Source: Okamejei kenojei (lineage: Eukaryota). From it: a stretch of 64,000 nt of DNA. The position numbers and the translations under genes are program-made. The DNA lies in assembly GCA_035221665.1 (NCBI GenBank), contig CM069164.1, forward strand, positions 12,896,001 through 12,960,000, written 5' to 3'. This document shows positions 1-14,065 of this stretch, in pieces. The first letter of the stretch is position 1; every line of letters starts with the position of its first letter. Below the pieces are notes generated by a model. The model was not told where the DNA came from and made no database searches. It saw only the letters and a list, made by a program, of their open reading frames with translations.

Positions 1-129
1 AGAGAGATCGAGTGCTTCAAGCCTCCTCCTAAAACCATCGCTGCAATGTACTGAGCACAGATCCATGCTGGACAGACGATACAGATGCTCGTTATGTCAA
101 ACCTGAGTAAGTAGTGGACAGAGCTCCTG

Positions 130-450
130 CTCAGTAATACATTTTGAGATTTGAGTAAATAATCTCAACGGACCGTCCTGAGCAAGTGCTATACAGCCCG
201 AGGCACAGTCCTGCAAATGGGACATCAAACTGAGCCGCTGGCTGCCTCCGAGGAGGAATGAAATTGATCCCACAGTACCACTCCAAAGACAAACAAGGTA
301 TTTATCGACAAAACTATGGGGTAATAACTACTCTCCAATCAATATCGGTTTTAAAAGGGTTAAATGATAATTGATGATGTTTTTGTTTGTGGAATCTGTC
401 TGTGCTTCCAACATTACTTCACTGCTCTGGGACATCAAGAGAGATAAAGT
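130..450 (+). mobile_element. Degenerate Deu-domain SINE (SacSINE1/AmnSINE1-like)
   Basis: ATGGGACATCAAACTGAG...GATCCCACAGTACCACT...TTTGTGGAATCTGTCTGTG resembles the Deu domain as I recall it. Similar copies at about 11520-11830 (-), 55510-55850 (+), 58440-58820 (+) and 59970-60250 (-). Confidence 0.5.
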
Positions 451-761
451 TGCAGAAGTGGCACCTCCACCAATGTTGCACATCCTCAGTGCTGCCTTGG
501 CTAAACCATTAATGGAGTCCCCGACTGTCCAGCTCCAACACCCGCTATCCAGAGGACTGGCTGACTACTTTCTGATGCCCTGGGATAAATGGCAACAGAA
601 GAAACTTCAAGCCTATCTCCGATTTACCATCCTCCCTATTAAAGTAACCAAATACACTTTCTGGGTCCAACCGCTTCGAAAGTTCTTGGGTGGATGGCTA
701 GCTGCTGCAGCACAATGGTTATTTTTGTATTTGGCCCAGGACACAAATTGTTTTAAAAGAC

Positions 762-871
762 ATGTAGGAAAGAACTGCAGAGGCGGGTTTAAATCGACCC
801 AAACTAAGCGGGACAGGATCTCCCCGATGCTGCCTGACCCGCTGAGTTACACCAGCATTTTGTGTCTACCC
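762..871. mobile_element. Short Penelope-derived insertion with 14-bp flanking duplication
   Basis: Contains GATGCTGCCTGACCCGCTGAGTTACACCAGCATTTTGTGTCTACC; flanked by TTGTTTTAAAAGAC at 748-761 and 872-885. Confidence 0.78.
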
Positions 872-889
872 TTGTTTTAAAAGACCTTA

Positions 890-1210
890 CTTACTTGTCC
901 AGGGGATGTGAACATCACAAACAAGACCAGCACACACAACATGCCCTTAAACAAACACATTTTGGGGTGTTTTTAGAGAGTTAGCTTAGAGTCAACAATA
1001 TTGATTTGTTTAAAGTTACACACGGACCAGACAGGGTAAGTAAGAACAGTAGATTTCCTTTCCATGCGGGCAATATTGAGCCAGTTGAGTATTACTTTCA
1101 GCACTCATCATGGTCACCATTACTAGAGTTAGCTTTATAATTCCAGATTTATTTAATTACATGGTGACATTTGAAATCATTTACAAAGTAACTGGACCAC
1201 AATGTTACTG
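890..1210 (-). mobile_element. Second tRNA-SINE family; other copies at about 13930-14250 (+) and 57715-57990 (+)
   Basis: Shared CTGGTT(C/T)ACTAAT...GGAAATCT motif and CAAATCC B-box remnant across the copies. Confidence 0.55.
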
Positions 1211-2339
1211 TACGCGAGCACACACCATCCAATTAGTAAAATAAATTGTCATGAAATAACTTTAATTCCAAGCACCTCACTGAAGCATTCCAACTTACTT
1301 CTGTGGGTACAGAGTAACAACGGTATAATATGTTTACTCTTCAACTGAATTTTTAAACTATTCAAATATTCAACCATTCATTACCATTGTGAGCATTTAA
1401 GGAAAATCCTAAATAAAAAGAAAGACATTTTCTATTCTCCATCCATCAGCTCAAAATTTCCCAAGTGTTGTAAGCACCATTGTTGCTGTCAGGAACTAGT
1501 GAGAGAAGGTTATAAGGAGTAAGACAACAGATCGATATGGAAAAGGAGGTGTCGGATCAAGACGTCTGAAGACCCAATGGATGCTTTTTGAAAGAACATT
1601 TGTATTTTGCCACCTGCCTCTATTCTTCCATGCCTTGTAGGCCATGACCCACTCAACTCAACACACAACTAAATCACCAAATAAAACATGCCGCAAAGGC
1701 TCGGCAGGTCAGGCTGCGTGTGTGGATGGAGAAAAAGAGTTAATCTCCAGGTCAACAATTTTCCATCAGTACTGTAACGTGCCAGAGAAAGGACAAGCTA
1801 CAAGTGCAGAGAAAGACTGAAAGCAGAAGAGAAGGTCAGTGATAGTATGGAAGCAGGAAAGATTAAGTGACTGAGCAGGATGATACATTACACTCGTCAG
1901 GATCATTTCAGAAACAGATTCTGCTATGCCCATTGGTCCCCCCTCTTCGACCCATTTAATTTCTAGTCTCATTAATCCCCAGTATTTCCCTTTTCAATTT
2001 TGTGAATGGTTGTCTCTTTGAACCGTTTACTCTCTTCCTCTTTCCAGACATTTCCTGATCTGAGTTTTATCGGCATTTCAAGTATTCCCCCCCCCCCCCA
2101 CTTTTTAAGCACCTGCGGGATTTAGATTTTGTAAATCTTTAAACCCTTGCGCAATGGTAACGTCCTGAGAAGGGGAAGGCACACATTCTTGTGTATTGAA
2201 TGAAATACAAGAATCTGAAACACAAGTAAATGAAGCACACGTGTAAATGATACAATGATCATCAGGAATGTGATGCAAGCATGTTAATTGTTAGTTTGTA
2301 ATAAACCTCTGAAGGAAGCTCTTGGTGCCTCCAAGATCA

Positions 2340-3170
2340 CGGCTATTCCAATCTCGACCTCAGCTCCACTTCCTCCATTTCCCATGACACTTTACTCTTC
2401 TGTTGTCTAAAATCTTTGCCTTGCTCTTGAATATATTCAATAGATAAGCCTCCACCACTCTCTGGGGCAGATAATTCCAAATTCATTAAGATATGAAATT
2501 CCTCATTTGTCTTAAATGAATATCTCCAGGACAAGTGTTCTTTCACAATTTATCTTATGAACCTCCTCTGAATTCATTCCCATACAGTATATCATTCTTT
2601 AAGTTAGGAAACAAAAAATCTTTACAGTATTCTGGGTGTGGTCTCATCAACACCGTGCACATTTATAGTCAGACTCTGCTACCTTTATACTTTATCCTCT
2701 TCGCAGTAAAGGCCAACATTCCATTGGCCTTCCTAATTATTTTCCCTACCTGCATCCTACCTGCCAGTGTTCATGTCTGAGAACACCCAGCTCCCTCTTG
2801 TGTATCAGCGTTGTGAGATCTTTCCATTTAGAGTTTTCCGCATCTCTCATCTTCTCGCCTACGCGGAAAAGCTCATATTTCCCAATGTTGTTCTCCATCT
2901 ACCAAACCTTTTTCCCCCACTTGCACACCATGTTTCTATCCCATCATAATTCTTTGCAATCTCCTCACAACTTGCTTTACTATCAATCGTAGCATTTTCA
3001 GCAAATTTGGCTACAATGCACTTGTCATTAGTTGAGGCCTGATTGCTGCAGTGTTCCCAAAGTTAGAACTTGTCAATCTGAAAATGACCCATTAGTCCCG
3101 AGTCTCTGATTTCTCCTAGTTTATCTTCCATTAATGCCCATATGTTACCCCCAATGTCATGAGCTCTACC
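2340..3170 (-). mobile_element. Old CR1-clade LINE fragment
   Basis: CCTCCACCACTCTCTGGGGCAGATAATTCCA and AAGGCCAACATTCCATTGGCCTTCCTAAT, typical antisense CR1 motifs, also seen at 43100-43720. Confidence 0.65.
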
Positions 3171-6100
3171 CCAGGCACAACAGCTAGACCATTGTGCGCG
3201 ATGTCAGAAAACACGGTCATGCACGGATGAGTGAAAGCCTTGGATTCTGCCCCTCAAAACCGGCTGAGGTTGAGAGGCAAGTGAAACCTTCAAACTGCAA
3301 GTTGCAGAACCAAGGCATTAAATGGAGTTAAGGCATACATCAGGCATATTCTAATTGAGTGGCTTTTGGGTTGATTGTCCAACTCCTTTTCTTTAACCCC
3401 CCAGACCAGTGCAGCATTGAAACAGTTAAAATGTGTGTGCAAACAGACTTAGCGGTTCCAGGCACTGACAAACTCAGCGACCTACTCTGCCAGTGATTAC
3501 ACACTGGACGATAAGTGAACTGAAAGTGTTAAATCAGAGAAGAAGAAAAAATTGTGGGTGAAAAGTCAGCACATAAACACAATGAGGTGAAGAAAAGGGG
3601 GGGGAGAGCAATATGGGGAGAGGAGAAAGGGAAAGACACACGGAAAAATAAAGCTTAAAGGAAAAAAGGTTTTCTGATAAGTGACGGAAGGCAAGTATGT
3701 GGGGGTATGTTTGATAAAATGCAGACAATGAATGAATGTGAGAGGTAATGGGGCAAAATGGAGTAGCAGGCAGGAGAGAGGTGAAAGGGGAGAGAAAAGG
3801 GGCTGGTAATAAAGAGATGGTGCCGTAAGGAAACTATTAGGCAGTAAATAGGAGATTGTGTTCTGCCTCCCCCATGCACATTTTACGAGTCCTCAACAAT
3901 GCTTTGCTGAAATGCAGTCACTCAATAATCCCTTTTACTTTTAAATTTTCAGACATACTTTTAAACAAAACCTCAAAAAGCAGATTGCCTTGCCCCTGAA
4001 GACACGATCTCCCTCAGCCAGCCCCTAATACAAGGGGCCTGCACTGTCTCATCCGTAGCCAACTATTAGCTTTTGCCTGAAGCAATTAGGTGATGCCATT
4101 ATGGAGACAGCGGGGGAGGGGCCCTGAAAGCTTTGAGCGCAGAACAACACTGCCAGATAAATTGGGAAGAAAATTCAGTATTTGAATTCATGGTCCAATG
4201 GTGTGCCACAAAAGCCTGATCAATATTTTGACTCAGAATTAGAGAGGTTTAATATAATGGCTCCCACTGTCTTCCCTGTTTGGAGGAAGTGGTACAATTC
4301 CAGCACTTTAGAACAACTATTATTACAGAGACAACGAGAACTTATAACAGCAACATTCAGCCTGGCGACACTGCTATCTCTCCCATCGAAAGGCAACTTA
4401 TCAGCCAGACAAACGCAGTGAAACAGAGCTCTTGTTTATATATGGGGCCGTTTCAAGCAGTCAGCATTTCCCTTTTGCAAAAACCGTGCTCTCTTGTAGG
4501 CAGACGAACAGACCGAGGAAATTTAAAACTGTTTTAAAAAAAATAAATTAGATGTGTACTGCAAAATAATTATTTCCAAAAATATGCAGGACCAAGAACA
4601 GACGAACAAAAACCCACAAAATATTTGGGTGGATCTGATTAAAGTTGGGGAGAAAAAAGGTGCCCTGTACTTAAAACCCACAGGAAATGTCTGCCTTAAA
4701 CAAAGATTTTGCATTTACACTAAGTCTTTCACTACTTTAATACGAGAAAAACAGCAGAAGCACATTTCCACTTAGAAAGATCCTACAATCAGTAATTTAA
4801 TAACTATCTGTTTAGTTTTAGGGATATTAGTTAAAAAAATCATTATTAGCCAGGGCAGATTGAACTCCAAGTTATATATCTCTGGAGCAGACGGCCGAGA
4901 TTGGGAAGGGACAAACGACAGTGGAAATTGAAAACACGAGTGGAATAAAAAAAACCAAGAGGAACGCTGGGATTTTGTTTATAAAACGAGAAGCTTAGAG
5001 AGGGCAGATAGTCTTTTCCAGGGCGCGAGGGAGTCTTAAACTAGAATGCGCATGAGAGAGAAAAGTGAGAGGGAAAAATTTAAAGGAGATCAGAGTGGGA
5101 AGTTTTTCACACTGAGGTTATTTAGATGAGTTATGTCAGATGAGTGGTGGAGGCAAATAAAATTACAATTTGAAAGGAATTAGGGCAGATAGGCAAGTAG
5201 AGGGATATGGGCTTAATACAGGGGAAATGGGATTGCAGTTGGCATGGATGTTGGGCCAAAGTTGATTCTGTGCCATACACCTTTGAGGGTAGTGTGACAA
5301 AGAGCAAGACATATTTAGTCAATTGGCAGGGTTGCAGTGGATGTCACATCGATGTGATGGCAGGCTGCATAGATCAAAAAATGCCAAGTTCCACCTCTGG
5401 TCCCTGTAAAGTGGCACCTATTTTAGATTGCCAGCAGAGCTTGCATCCTGCTCTGCCTAAAGGTTATGTCAACCAATAGGTTCCTGGGCCATCATCACAT
5501 TGCCATCCATGGGATCCTGCTGTGCTGATAATGCTTGGATCCTTGGATATTAAGGGAATCATGGAATTATGGGTAAGTCCACAAAAGTCATGCTGAGATA
5601 AAGGATCAGTGACAATTTTATCTAGTGGTACAACAGGTACAAGTGGATAAACAGCCTTTTTCTTCTTCCAGTCTTATGTCTTTTCTCCAAAAAAAAGCAT
5701 TCTCACTTTTGAGAAAACACTTCATGGGAAGTCCCTTATGGGTGTAAGGACCTGAAAGAAAGCCCTTGTCTTCAGAAAAATCCTCAAATGGCCCAACCCC
5801 TATCCCTACTTTGAGGCCCAGGGCCCAGGAGCCTGCCACTTATTTCCTAAAGTCCAACTGCAAAGCCTCCTCCCTCCTTTATCTCAGTGTGGGTTGAGCA
5901 GGGAGATAATAGCGGGCTTAAAGAGGCAAGTGGCTCTCTGGTTTCTCACTCACATTCTATCCTCGTTTATAAGGGTTTTATCTGTCAAACATCCTTGTTC
6001 TATACCAGTTACCATCCATGACTATACCAGTTACAAGATTCCACTTCAGTATTCCATCTCAGGTTTGATGTTTGATCATTTGATCAGAAACTTTTGAATG

Positions 6101-8871
6101 TGTTTCACAGATCCCCATCCCAGAGATCCTAGAGGAATTAGACCAGCTCTCTCTCCCCATTCCTGTGTCTGCCCCAGTGTGCCTCATCAGGGCAAATGGG
6201 CTTCATTAAGGAAAGCCCATGGTTCTTGCTTATTGATGCAGTCAAGACCAAGCAAGGTCATGAGGGGGGAGTGGAGCAAGGGGAAGAGAGAGTTCTTATA
6301 GATAGTGGGAAAAGCTTTGGATTGTTTCCATTGATCCTACAACAGAAATGTAGTATTTCTGCACACTAGATCCCACAGACAAGTGTGTGAACACGACCAG
6401 GCAACCAATGTTAGAGTTAGCTGATATATAAATCCTGACTGGAGATGTAATCAGAAAATCTGTATTATTGTTTGGCAATATTTATGCAGGTTCCATAAAT
6501 TCATTGATCGCATGTCATTGATAAGGCCCAGAGTTATGCCCATGCAAATGCCAGTCCCTTTCATGCCACCCCCACACATTCCAATGTAATCCATACTGAT
6601 TAGGCCCGAGCTTCCTTAGTCTGTCTCTCAACAAGAATTAATCCTACTCTGTGGGGGTGAATCACATTCCCCTCAGAACAAGGGCACTGAGAGCAAATAT
6701 TTTGCATATCTTTAGCACCTTTCACACCCCCAGGGTGCCCCACGGTAATCAGTCAATGGAGTGCTCTAAAATGCAGTTCCTGTGGGCACCTAATGTGGGA
6801 AAATTGAGGCGGTGCACACAGAACATCTCACGTAGAGCAATGTGATGATCAACAGATAATTTTATTTCCCAGTGATGTTTGTCATGACCCTGGTTATCTT
6901 TTCTCCAACCATTTGCTGGTGAAATCAGTCCTTCTCTATCAATTTTATCTCTGCTGTTATCGTTTTTCCCTCTGCTTTTGTTTAGCCAGTCATGCAACAC
7001 AGAAATGAGCCCTTTGGCCCACATGCCCATGCTAACCTTTTTGCCCAGCTATGCTAATCCCATTTGCCCGTATGCTTCCATTGCCATGGCCATTCAAATA
7101 CTCCCATCCCTCTTATTCCACTTGCAAAAGCTCATGATGTGAATAATGTATCTTGCTGCCTCACACCCACCCCAGCACATGCTCTTTTCCTTCCTGGAAT
7201 TTCTTTGCCCAGCTGGCAAGGTACACGAGAGGTGAACATCTCATACAAAAGTCTGCATTTCTGACAGCACAGCACTCCTTTGGTACCACACTGGGACATT
7301 TTGTAACTCCAGAGCAGGGAGCAAGTCCATCAGTTCCAGTCTCTTGAGAAATAAAATCTTCCACAGTGCACTATGGAGCAGTGCCTCGGGGGACTGGGTG
7401 CTGGCAACATTCCTGCTAGTTCTTACAGTGTTGATCAAGGCAGGCCTGATCAAATGGAGCAAATTAAGCAAGTAAATGGTGTGGCATTTCCCCTTCATAA
7501 AAATATAATCTGTCCTCTATTTCTTTTCCAAATAAAGTCCCCTGAAGGGGAGTGGCTCTTGCACAAGTCAGCACATGGCATTCCGATCTAGGAAACACAA
7601 ACACAATTCTTCTCGATCCAACTCCACAAAGGACTCTGACTCAGGGAAGAATCCAGCTCTTGGAGCACTAAACCTACAAGAGGAAGCAGCTCATCTCAAT
7701 CCAGACTTTTTCAATTATGCCCAAATATCCATTTAAATACTTTTTTTTTGGTTTGATTTTTACGATATTTTTTGGCTGGAGCAGATTCTCTCCCCCCCAC
7801 AATAAAAAAAACCTTGTAAGTTTTAATTCCTGTGTACATTTTCCAACTCTGTGTGCCAGAACTGTTCTTTGAGTTCAGGGCACTTCACCGAGTGATCTTA
7901 ATGGAAGCCAAGAATATACAAGTCCCCTGAAATAGTATTTCAGTTCAGTAAATCACTCACTTCCATACTCCTCTTGCCTTTCAACCCTCAACAGACTCAA
8001 ACTTTTCCTTCCCATGGCACTTCTTTGCTCCTCATTTTCCACTTTACCTCCTCACAGTCCTTGTGATGGGCTTGGTCGAGACTTCATTACAAGTTAATCT
8101 CAAAGACAGAAATAGGGCACAGTCATCAGTACAACTTCCTGCAGCGACCTGCCAGCCATTAGCTCATTGAGAAGAATAGTTTGACCACCAAGTCCTCATC
8201 CTCATAGCCTACACGCTTCCTTCAATAACAAGCTGTACAGATGATCAATCCAATGCAAAATAAACAACGGATTTATGAGGTGTTCTTTAATGCAGCAAAC
8301 AAAAATTAAAGTGATTCACGAGAGCCTTCTGGCAGAACTTGATGCCCATTTCTCAAGTTTAAATTAATCACTGTGACTCTTCCTGTTTGTTGTACTGAAG
8401 ACAAAACCTTAAATGAGGTGGATCTCACTTGTTGAATGCCAGACATGCAGCAAGGGCAAGAAAGATAAATCCAAGTCCATCCCACTTCCAACTCTTCCAT
8501 CTAGGTGGTTGGAGGCACAGCCAATGAACATTTATAGGATGCAAGACGACAGTTTAGCTTCGATCAAAAACAGACAGCTAAATAGTCATATCTAGCAAAA
8601 TAGACATATCTCCAGAGTGATTTTCAGCTGATTGGGTACTTTTGAATTGTAGTCACTGTAATAATATGAGAGGAGCAGCCAATTTGCACACAGGGACCCA
8701 AAGCCTCAGTAATGGAAGATGGCTAGAGATTACGCGGATTCTCATTAATACAAATACAATCTCTGCAGCCAGGATCGGGGTGTTTCTAAAGGCTGCCTGA
8801 ACACTCCTTGAAGAGAGATCGTGGCATGAATTAGGATTCAAGTGTATGATGGCACCTGGTGTGATGACATA

Positions 8872-10479
8872 CAGTGCCCTCCATAATGTTTGGGACAAAG
8901 ACCCATCAATAATTTATTTGCCTCAATTTGAGATTTGTAATAGAAAAAAAAAAATCACATGTGGTTAAAGTCCACATTGTCAGAGCTTATTAAAGGCCAT
9001 TTTTACATATTTTGGTTTCACCATGTAGAAATTACAGCTGCGTTTATACATATGCTCCCCATTTCAGGGCACCATAATGTTTGGGACACATTGCTTCACA
9101 GGCGTTTGTAATTGCTCAGGTGTGTTTAATTGTCTCTTTAATGTAGGTATAAGAGAGCTCTCAGCACCTAATCTTTCCTCCAGTCTTTCCATCACCTTTG
9201 GAAACTTTTATTGCTGTTTATCAACATGAGGACCAAAGTTGTGCCAATGAAAGTCAAAGTAACTATTATGAGACTGAGAAACAAGAATAAAACTGTTAGA
9301 GACATCAGCCAAACCTTAGGCTTACCAAAATCGACTGTTTGGAACATCATTAAGAAGAAAGAGAGCACTGGTGAGCTTACTAATCGCAAATGGACTGGCA
9401 GGCCAAGGAAAACCTCCACAGCCGATGTCAGAAGAATTCACTTTATAATAAAGAAAAATCCTTAAACACCTGTCCAACAGATCAGAAACACTCTTCAGCA
9501 GTCAGGTGTGGATTTGTCAATGGCCACTGTCCGCAGAAGAATTCCTGAACAGAAATACAGAGGCTACACTGCAAGATGCAAACCACTGGTTAGCCGCAAA
9601 AATAGGATGGCCAGGTTACAGTTTGCCAAGAAGTACTTAAAAGAGCAACCACGGTTCTGGATAAAGGTCTTGTGTACAGATGAGACGAAGATTAACTTAT
9701 ATCAGAGTGATGGCAAGAGCAAAGTATGGAGGAGAGAAGGAACTGCCCAAGATCCAAAGCATACCACCTCATCTGTGAAACACAGTGGTGGGCATGTTAT
9801 AGCCTGGGCATGTATGGCAGCTGAAGGTACTGGCTAACTTATCTTCATTTATGATACAACTGCTGATGGTAGTAGGATAATGAATTCTGAGGTGTATAGA
9901 CACATCCTATCTGCTCAAGTTCAAACAAATGGCCAGTGGTTCATTCTACAGCAAAACAATGATCCCAAACATACTGCTAAAGCAACAAATTAGTTTTTCC
10001 AAAGCTAAAAAATTGTCAATTCTTGAGCGGTCATCAATCACCTGATCTGAACCCAATTGAGCATGCTTTTTATATGTTGAAGAGAAAACTGAAGAATAAG
10101 CTAAAGATGGCTGCAATACAGGCCTGGCAGAGCATCACCAGAGAAGACTCCCAGCGACTGGTGATGTCCATGAATCGCAGACTTCAAGCAGTCATTGCAT
10201 GCAAAGGATATGCAACAAAATACTAAACATGACTACTTTCATTTACATAACATTGCTGTGTCCCAAACATTATGGTGCCCTGAAATGTGGGGACTATGTA
10301 GAAACACTGCTGTAATTTCTACATGGTGAAACCAAAATGTATAAAAATGGCCTTTACTAAAATCTGACAATGTGCACTTTAACCACGTGATTGTTTTCTA
10401 TTACAAAGCTCAAATTGTGACGTACAGAGGCAAATAAATAAATGATGGGTCTTTGTCCAAAACATTATGGAGGGCACTG
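8872..10479 (+). mobile_element. Near full-length decayed Tc1 DNA transposon, IR/DR type
   Basis: TA|CAGTGCCCTCCATAATGTTTGGGACA ... ACATTATGGAGGGCACTG|CA. TIRs of about 220 bp (8872-9090, 10257-10479), each with an inner and an outer CCATAATGTTTGGGACA-like repeat. Confidence 0.96.
9226..10226 (+). pseudogene. Tc1 transposase pseudogene
   Basis: HTH region (RDISQTLGLPKSTVWNII), GRPRKTS, TDETKINL, QQNNDPKHT, SPDLNPIEH and C-terminal GYATKY; broken by stops, frameshifts and deletions. Confidence 0.93.
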
Positions 10480-11840
10480 CATGAATGCACAGGCTTTTCA
10501 AACCAGCATTAACTCTTTTCTGCAACTCGGGCCTATCAAATTCCCCCTGAAAATAATGAAAATTCCTGGAATTCCTCGGCCTGGGGAGCGAAGGTTTTGG
10601 CTACTTTTCGACCTGGGGTTAGTTTTGCAGTCAAGGCTTCTAATTAAATCTCTCTACAGGTCCGTGCAACGCAAGTTTCCCTTAGTTTCAGGATTACCTT
10701 AGTCATTTATTACTTCCCGTGGGAGAAATTATGGCAGTTTATAATTTACTGTTTAAAAAAAAGTCTTAATGCTGCCACACTAATTCGGTAAGGTGTGTTG
10801 CTGAATACGCGCATCTTGGACTGTGAAAAAAAAGCTCCTGTAACTTATTCTGCTGCTAAACATGGATCGAGGAATCGCGAGAAAATGGGTCAACGCAGGA
10901 ACCAATTGGCTCATCGTGCTTGTGCTAGTTAGCAACCTCCCAGCCCAATACAAACTCCCAGCACCAGGCCCGTAGACCTGCAAGTTACAGCTCATCAAGT
11001 ACACATCCATGTACTGTTCAAATGTGAAGAGCATTTCTGTCTCTCTCACCTTTTTGGAGAGCGAGCTTCAAACTGCCACCGCCCTCTGGGGGTAAAAAAA
11101 AAAACCCCCAACTTTTGTTACCTCCCATCTAATCCTTCTACCACTTACTTGGAGTCCATGCTCTCTAGGTTTTGACCCCCTCAAATGACTTTCTAAATCC
11201 CATCAGTTTACACACCTCAACCACCTCTACTAGCCTCATCTGTTCCAGAGAAAACAACACCTATATTTCCTCATAGCTACAATTTCCCAGTACTGCCAAT
11301 ATTGCATCTATAGGAAAACATTTGAGTTGTGGTCTCACAAGTAAAGACTAATGGCTGCAATGAGGAAATCAACCTGAAGAGGTGAAGGAAGAGCACCACA
11401 CAAGTAATAGATCACTCCTCATGGATTCGCAATGTCAATGCTTTGGTAAAGTCTTGACAGTTTGCATTATCGCACTTCTTCTCCCACTTCACATTGTAGA
11501 CAGATGACATTATATAAAGACAGATTTTATAACGCCTTTCATAATGTTAGGACATCTAAAGCGTCTTGACAGCGAATAACACAAATTCTGAAATATAATC
11601 AGTCACATTGAAGGTAAATTTAATTTGCATACAAGTCTCTCATAGATATCAGTGAGATAATGGCCACATCACCTACTTTTGGTTCTAGACCAAATATTAA
11701 CCAACAACATCAAGAAAAAAATCATCTGTTCTACAAGTGTGCCATGGAATCACTTGCATCCACCTAAATTTCCAAAATGGATCCCAAGTTTAATATTTCA
11801 TTCCATAATTGTGGCATTGGCGGGTTATCTTACTCCCTAG

Positions 11841-11888
11841 TAATATTAAGCATATGAACTTAATATTAAGTTCATATGCTTAATATTA
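11841..11888. repeat. Perfect 48-bp palindrome
   Basis: TAATATTAAGCATATGAACTTAAT|ATTAAGTTCATATGCTTAATATTA. Confidence 0.95.
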
Positions 11889-14065
11889 TGAACTGAGACC
11901 TAAACAAAAAAGCAGTGGATGTGAACATTCATATTTCTCATTTTTTCTTATGCTAAAGAAGGATGCCATTCGGCACATCAAGTCTATGGCAGCTCTCAGA
12001 GAATTCCCATCAGTCTCAGGGAGCCATTTATTTCTCTGTAACCTATTGTCTCACGTGTTCACCATTTCCCCCCGATACTCCCATCATCCATTTGCACTCG
12101 GGGAACTTTACAGTGCCCTATTAATCTAGCAGCAGTCGTTTGGAACGTGGGAAGAAAGCAGAGCACCCTAGAAAAAAACATAAAGGTCACAAGGAGAAAG
12201 CGTGAACTCCAAACTGCCTTGACCTCAAAGGCAGGTCAAACTAAGGCTGCTGAAACTGTGATGTAGCAGCACTAACCATTACACTACAGAATCATTAGTG
12301 TAAATTGCATGTGCTCAGCTTGCGGAGAAGCCAAACACCAACTTATTTAAGAGCTCAGAACCAAATGGGACCCAAAACATTGGCCGTTTTCCCTTTAAAG
12401 ACGTTGCCGGACTTGAGAAAACCCTTGTTGCACTTACCCTCCCTAGTCTTGAATGCGACAATTTGCGACAGTTCTTGTCAAAAAAATCTAATCTCTCTCG
12501 CATGGTTAGGGAGGCAAGGAGAGATTTTCTCTTCCCAACTCATCAATGTTGCCGGAGTATAGAGGAACTTATTGGGGTAGACAAAACTGGAGATAGGGTG
12601 AGGGGATTATTTCTGGCACAATGGTCACCCCCGCCCCTGGCATCATACTATTTAGTGGAAGCACTTACACAATCACCTCCAGAGCCAACAGTTGTCGGGT
12701 AGTCTTAAGGTCATAAGATGGACATGGTAACACAGTCCCTCTGAAGGCATTCCCCCATGTGGTCCCTCTAAATGTAGTCAGGAACTAATTAATATCTTCA
12801 AGCAAGAGAAATTGGACAAAAAATGAGAATATAATGTCAAAGCTAAGCTTATAACCCAGGCTTAAATTTGATAATCCAATGTATTGCCCAGTAGCCAAAA
12901 ATATAAACCAGGTTTTAACAATGAAAATTATATTATTTTAAGATGCCTGCAGAGCCCAAATATACAGTCGACAAAGACGTTCTCATGGCTGAAATCCACA
13001 GGAAACCAAACTGAAAAAGCCTGTATTTCACCAACTTACTGTTGTCATCTTCAATTCCGAGCTGCTGGGAGCTAAGTTGGCTACCATGGCAACAGCGGGC
13101 CCACCGCTTCCTTCACCCAATTCATTTGGAAATGAGAGACTACAATGGGCTGATCTGACTTTCTGTCACGAGAACATAAACTTGCAAAAAACAGCTACCC
13201 CACTGGAATGAAAACACAGCATCTGCTTGCTTGGGGCCAACAGCATAGGGTTAAAGAGGCTTCTGTAACATGTGTGGGGAGGGGGATAGAGTGAATGAGC
13301 GAGAGCGAGAGATAAAGAGCAACAGAGAGAGCAAGAGGAATGCTCCCCATTTTTCAAAGAGGATGACATGGCTTTCTCCAAAAGGTCAAGTGTCATAACC
13401 CTGACAGAGTGGGCCTCTGACTGAAAGGAAACAGCCACTAATGGAGACCCAGAGCAGTTTATACAAAGCATGCTGGACTCCAGGCTCACTATAGTACAAT
13501 AAATACACCTCACAAAGTGAAGGGAGTTCATTAAGGCCATGGTAAGCCTTTTTTCTGCTGTCTGGCTGGGCTGTCCGGTCTAAGAAACTGAAAGAAAGAG
13601 TTATTAACATTGGCCCTGTCAAGCCACTTACAAGAGGAATGGATAGCAACAATCTTTGTGTAATTGTGAGAGGTTTACTGCTTTATCATACACATTGACC
13701 AGAGCTGTGTCCCACCCACAGCTAGTGTTATTGATCAGAATCAAATGGTTCCCAGATCCAGAGGCTGGGTTTATCTGTCACTGAGCAATCCTGCTATATT
13801 CCAATTCATTCTTACAGAGCAGCAACAGTACATTGGACCAGGTAGCTCCATCTAACACCATCGCAAACACCTATTCCCTTCTCCATCGTATGTTTATGCA
13901 GCTTTAAATTAAATTAGTTGACCACTGAACCACTGGACCACAGATCTGGACCACTGAAGCAAGCGACTTTCAAATCCCATCATGGCAAATTTAAATGCAA
14001 GTCACTGAATACAACAGGGATAAAAGGTATGCCTCGATAACTGTGAAACCAGCATAAAAACACAA

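Noticed and set aside
371-880. 169-aa ORF
   Set aside because: It runs through a SINE remnant and a Penelope insert and has no recognisable domain.
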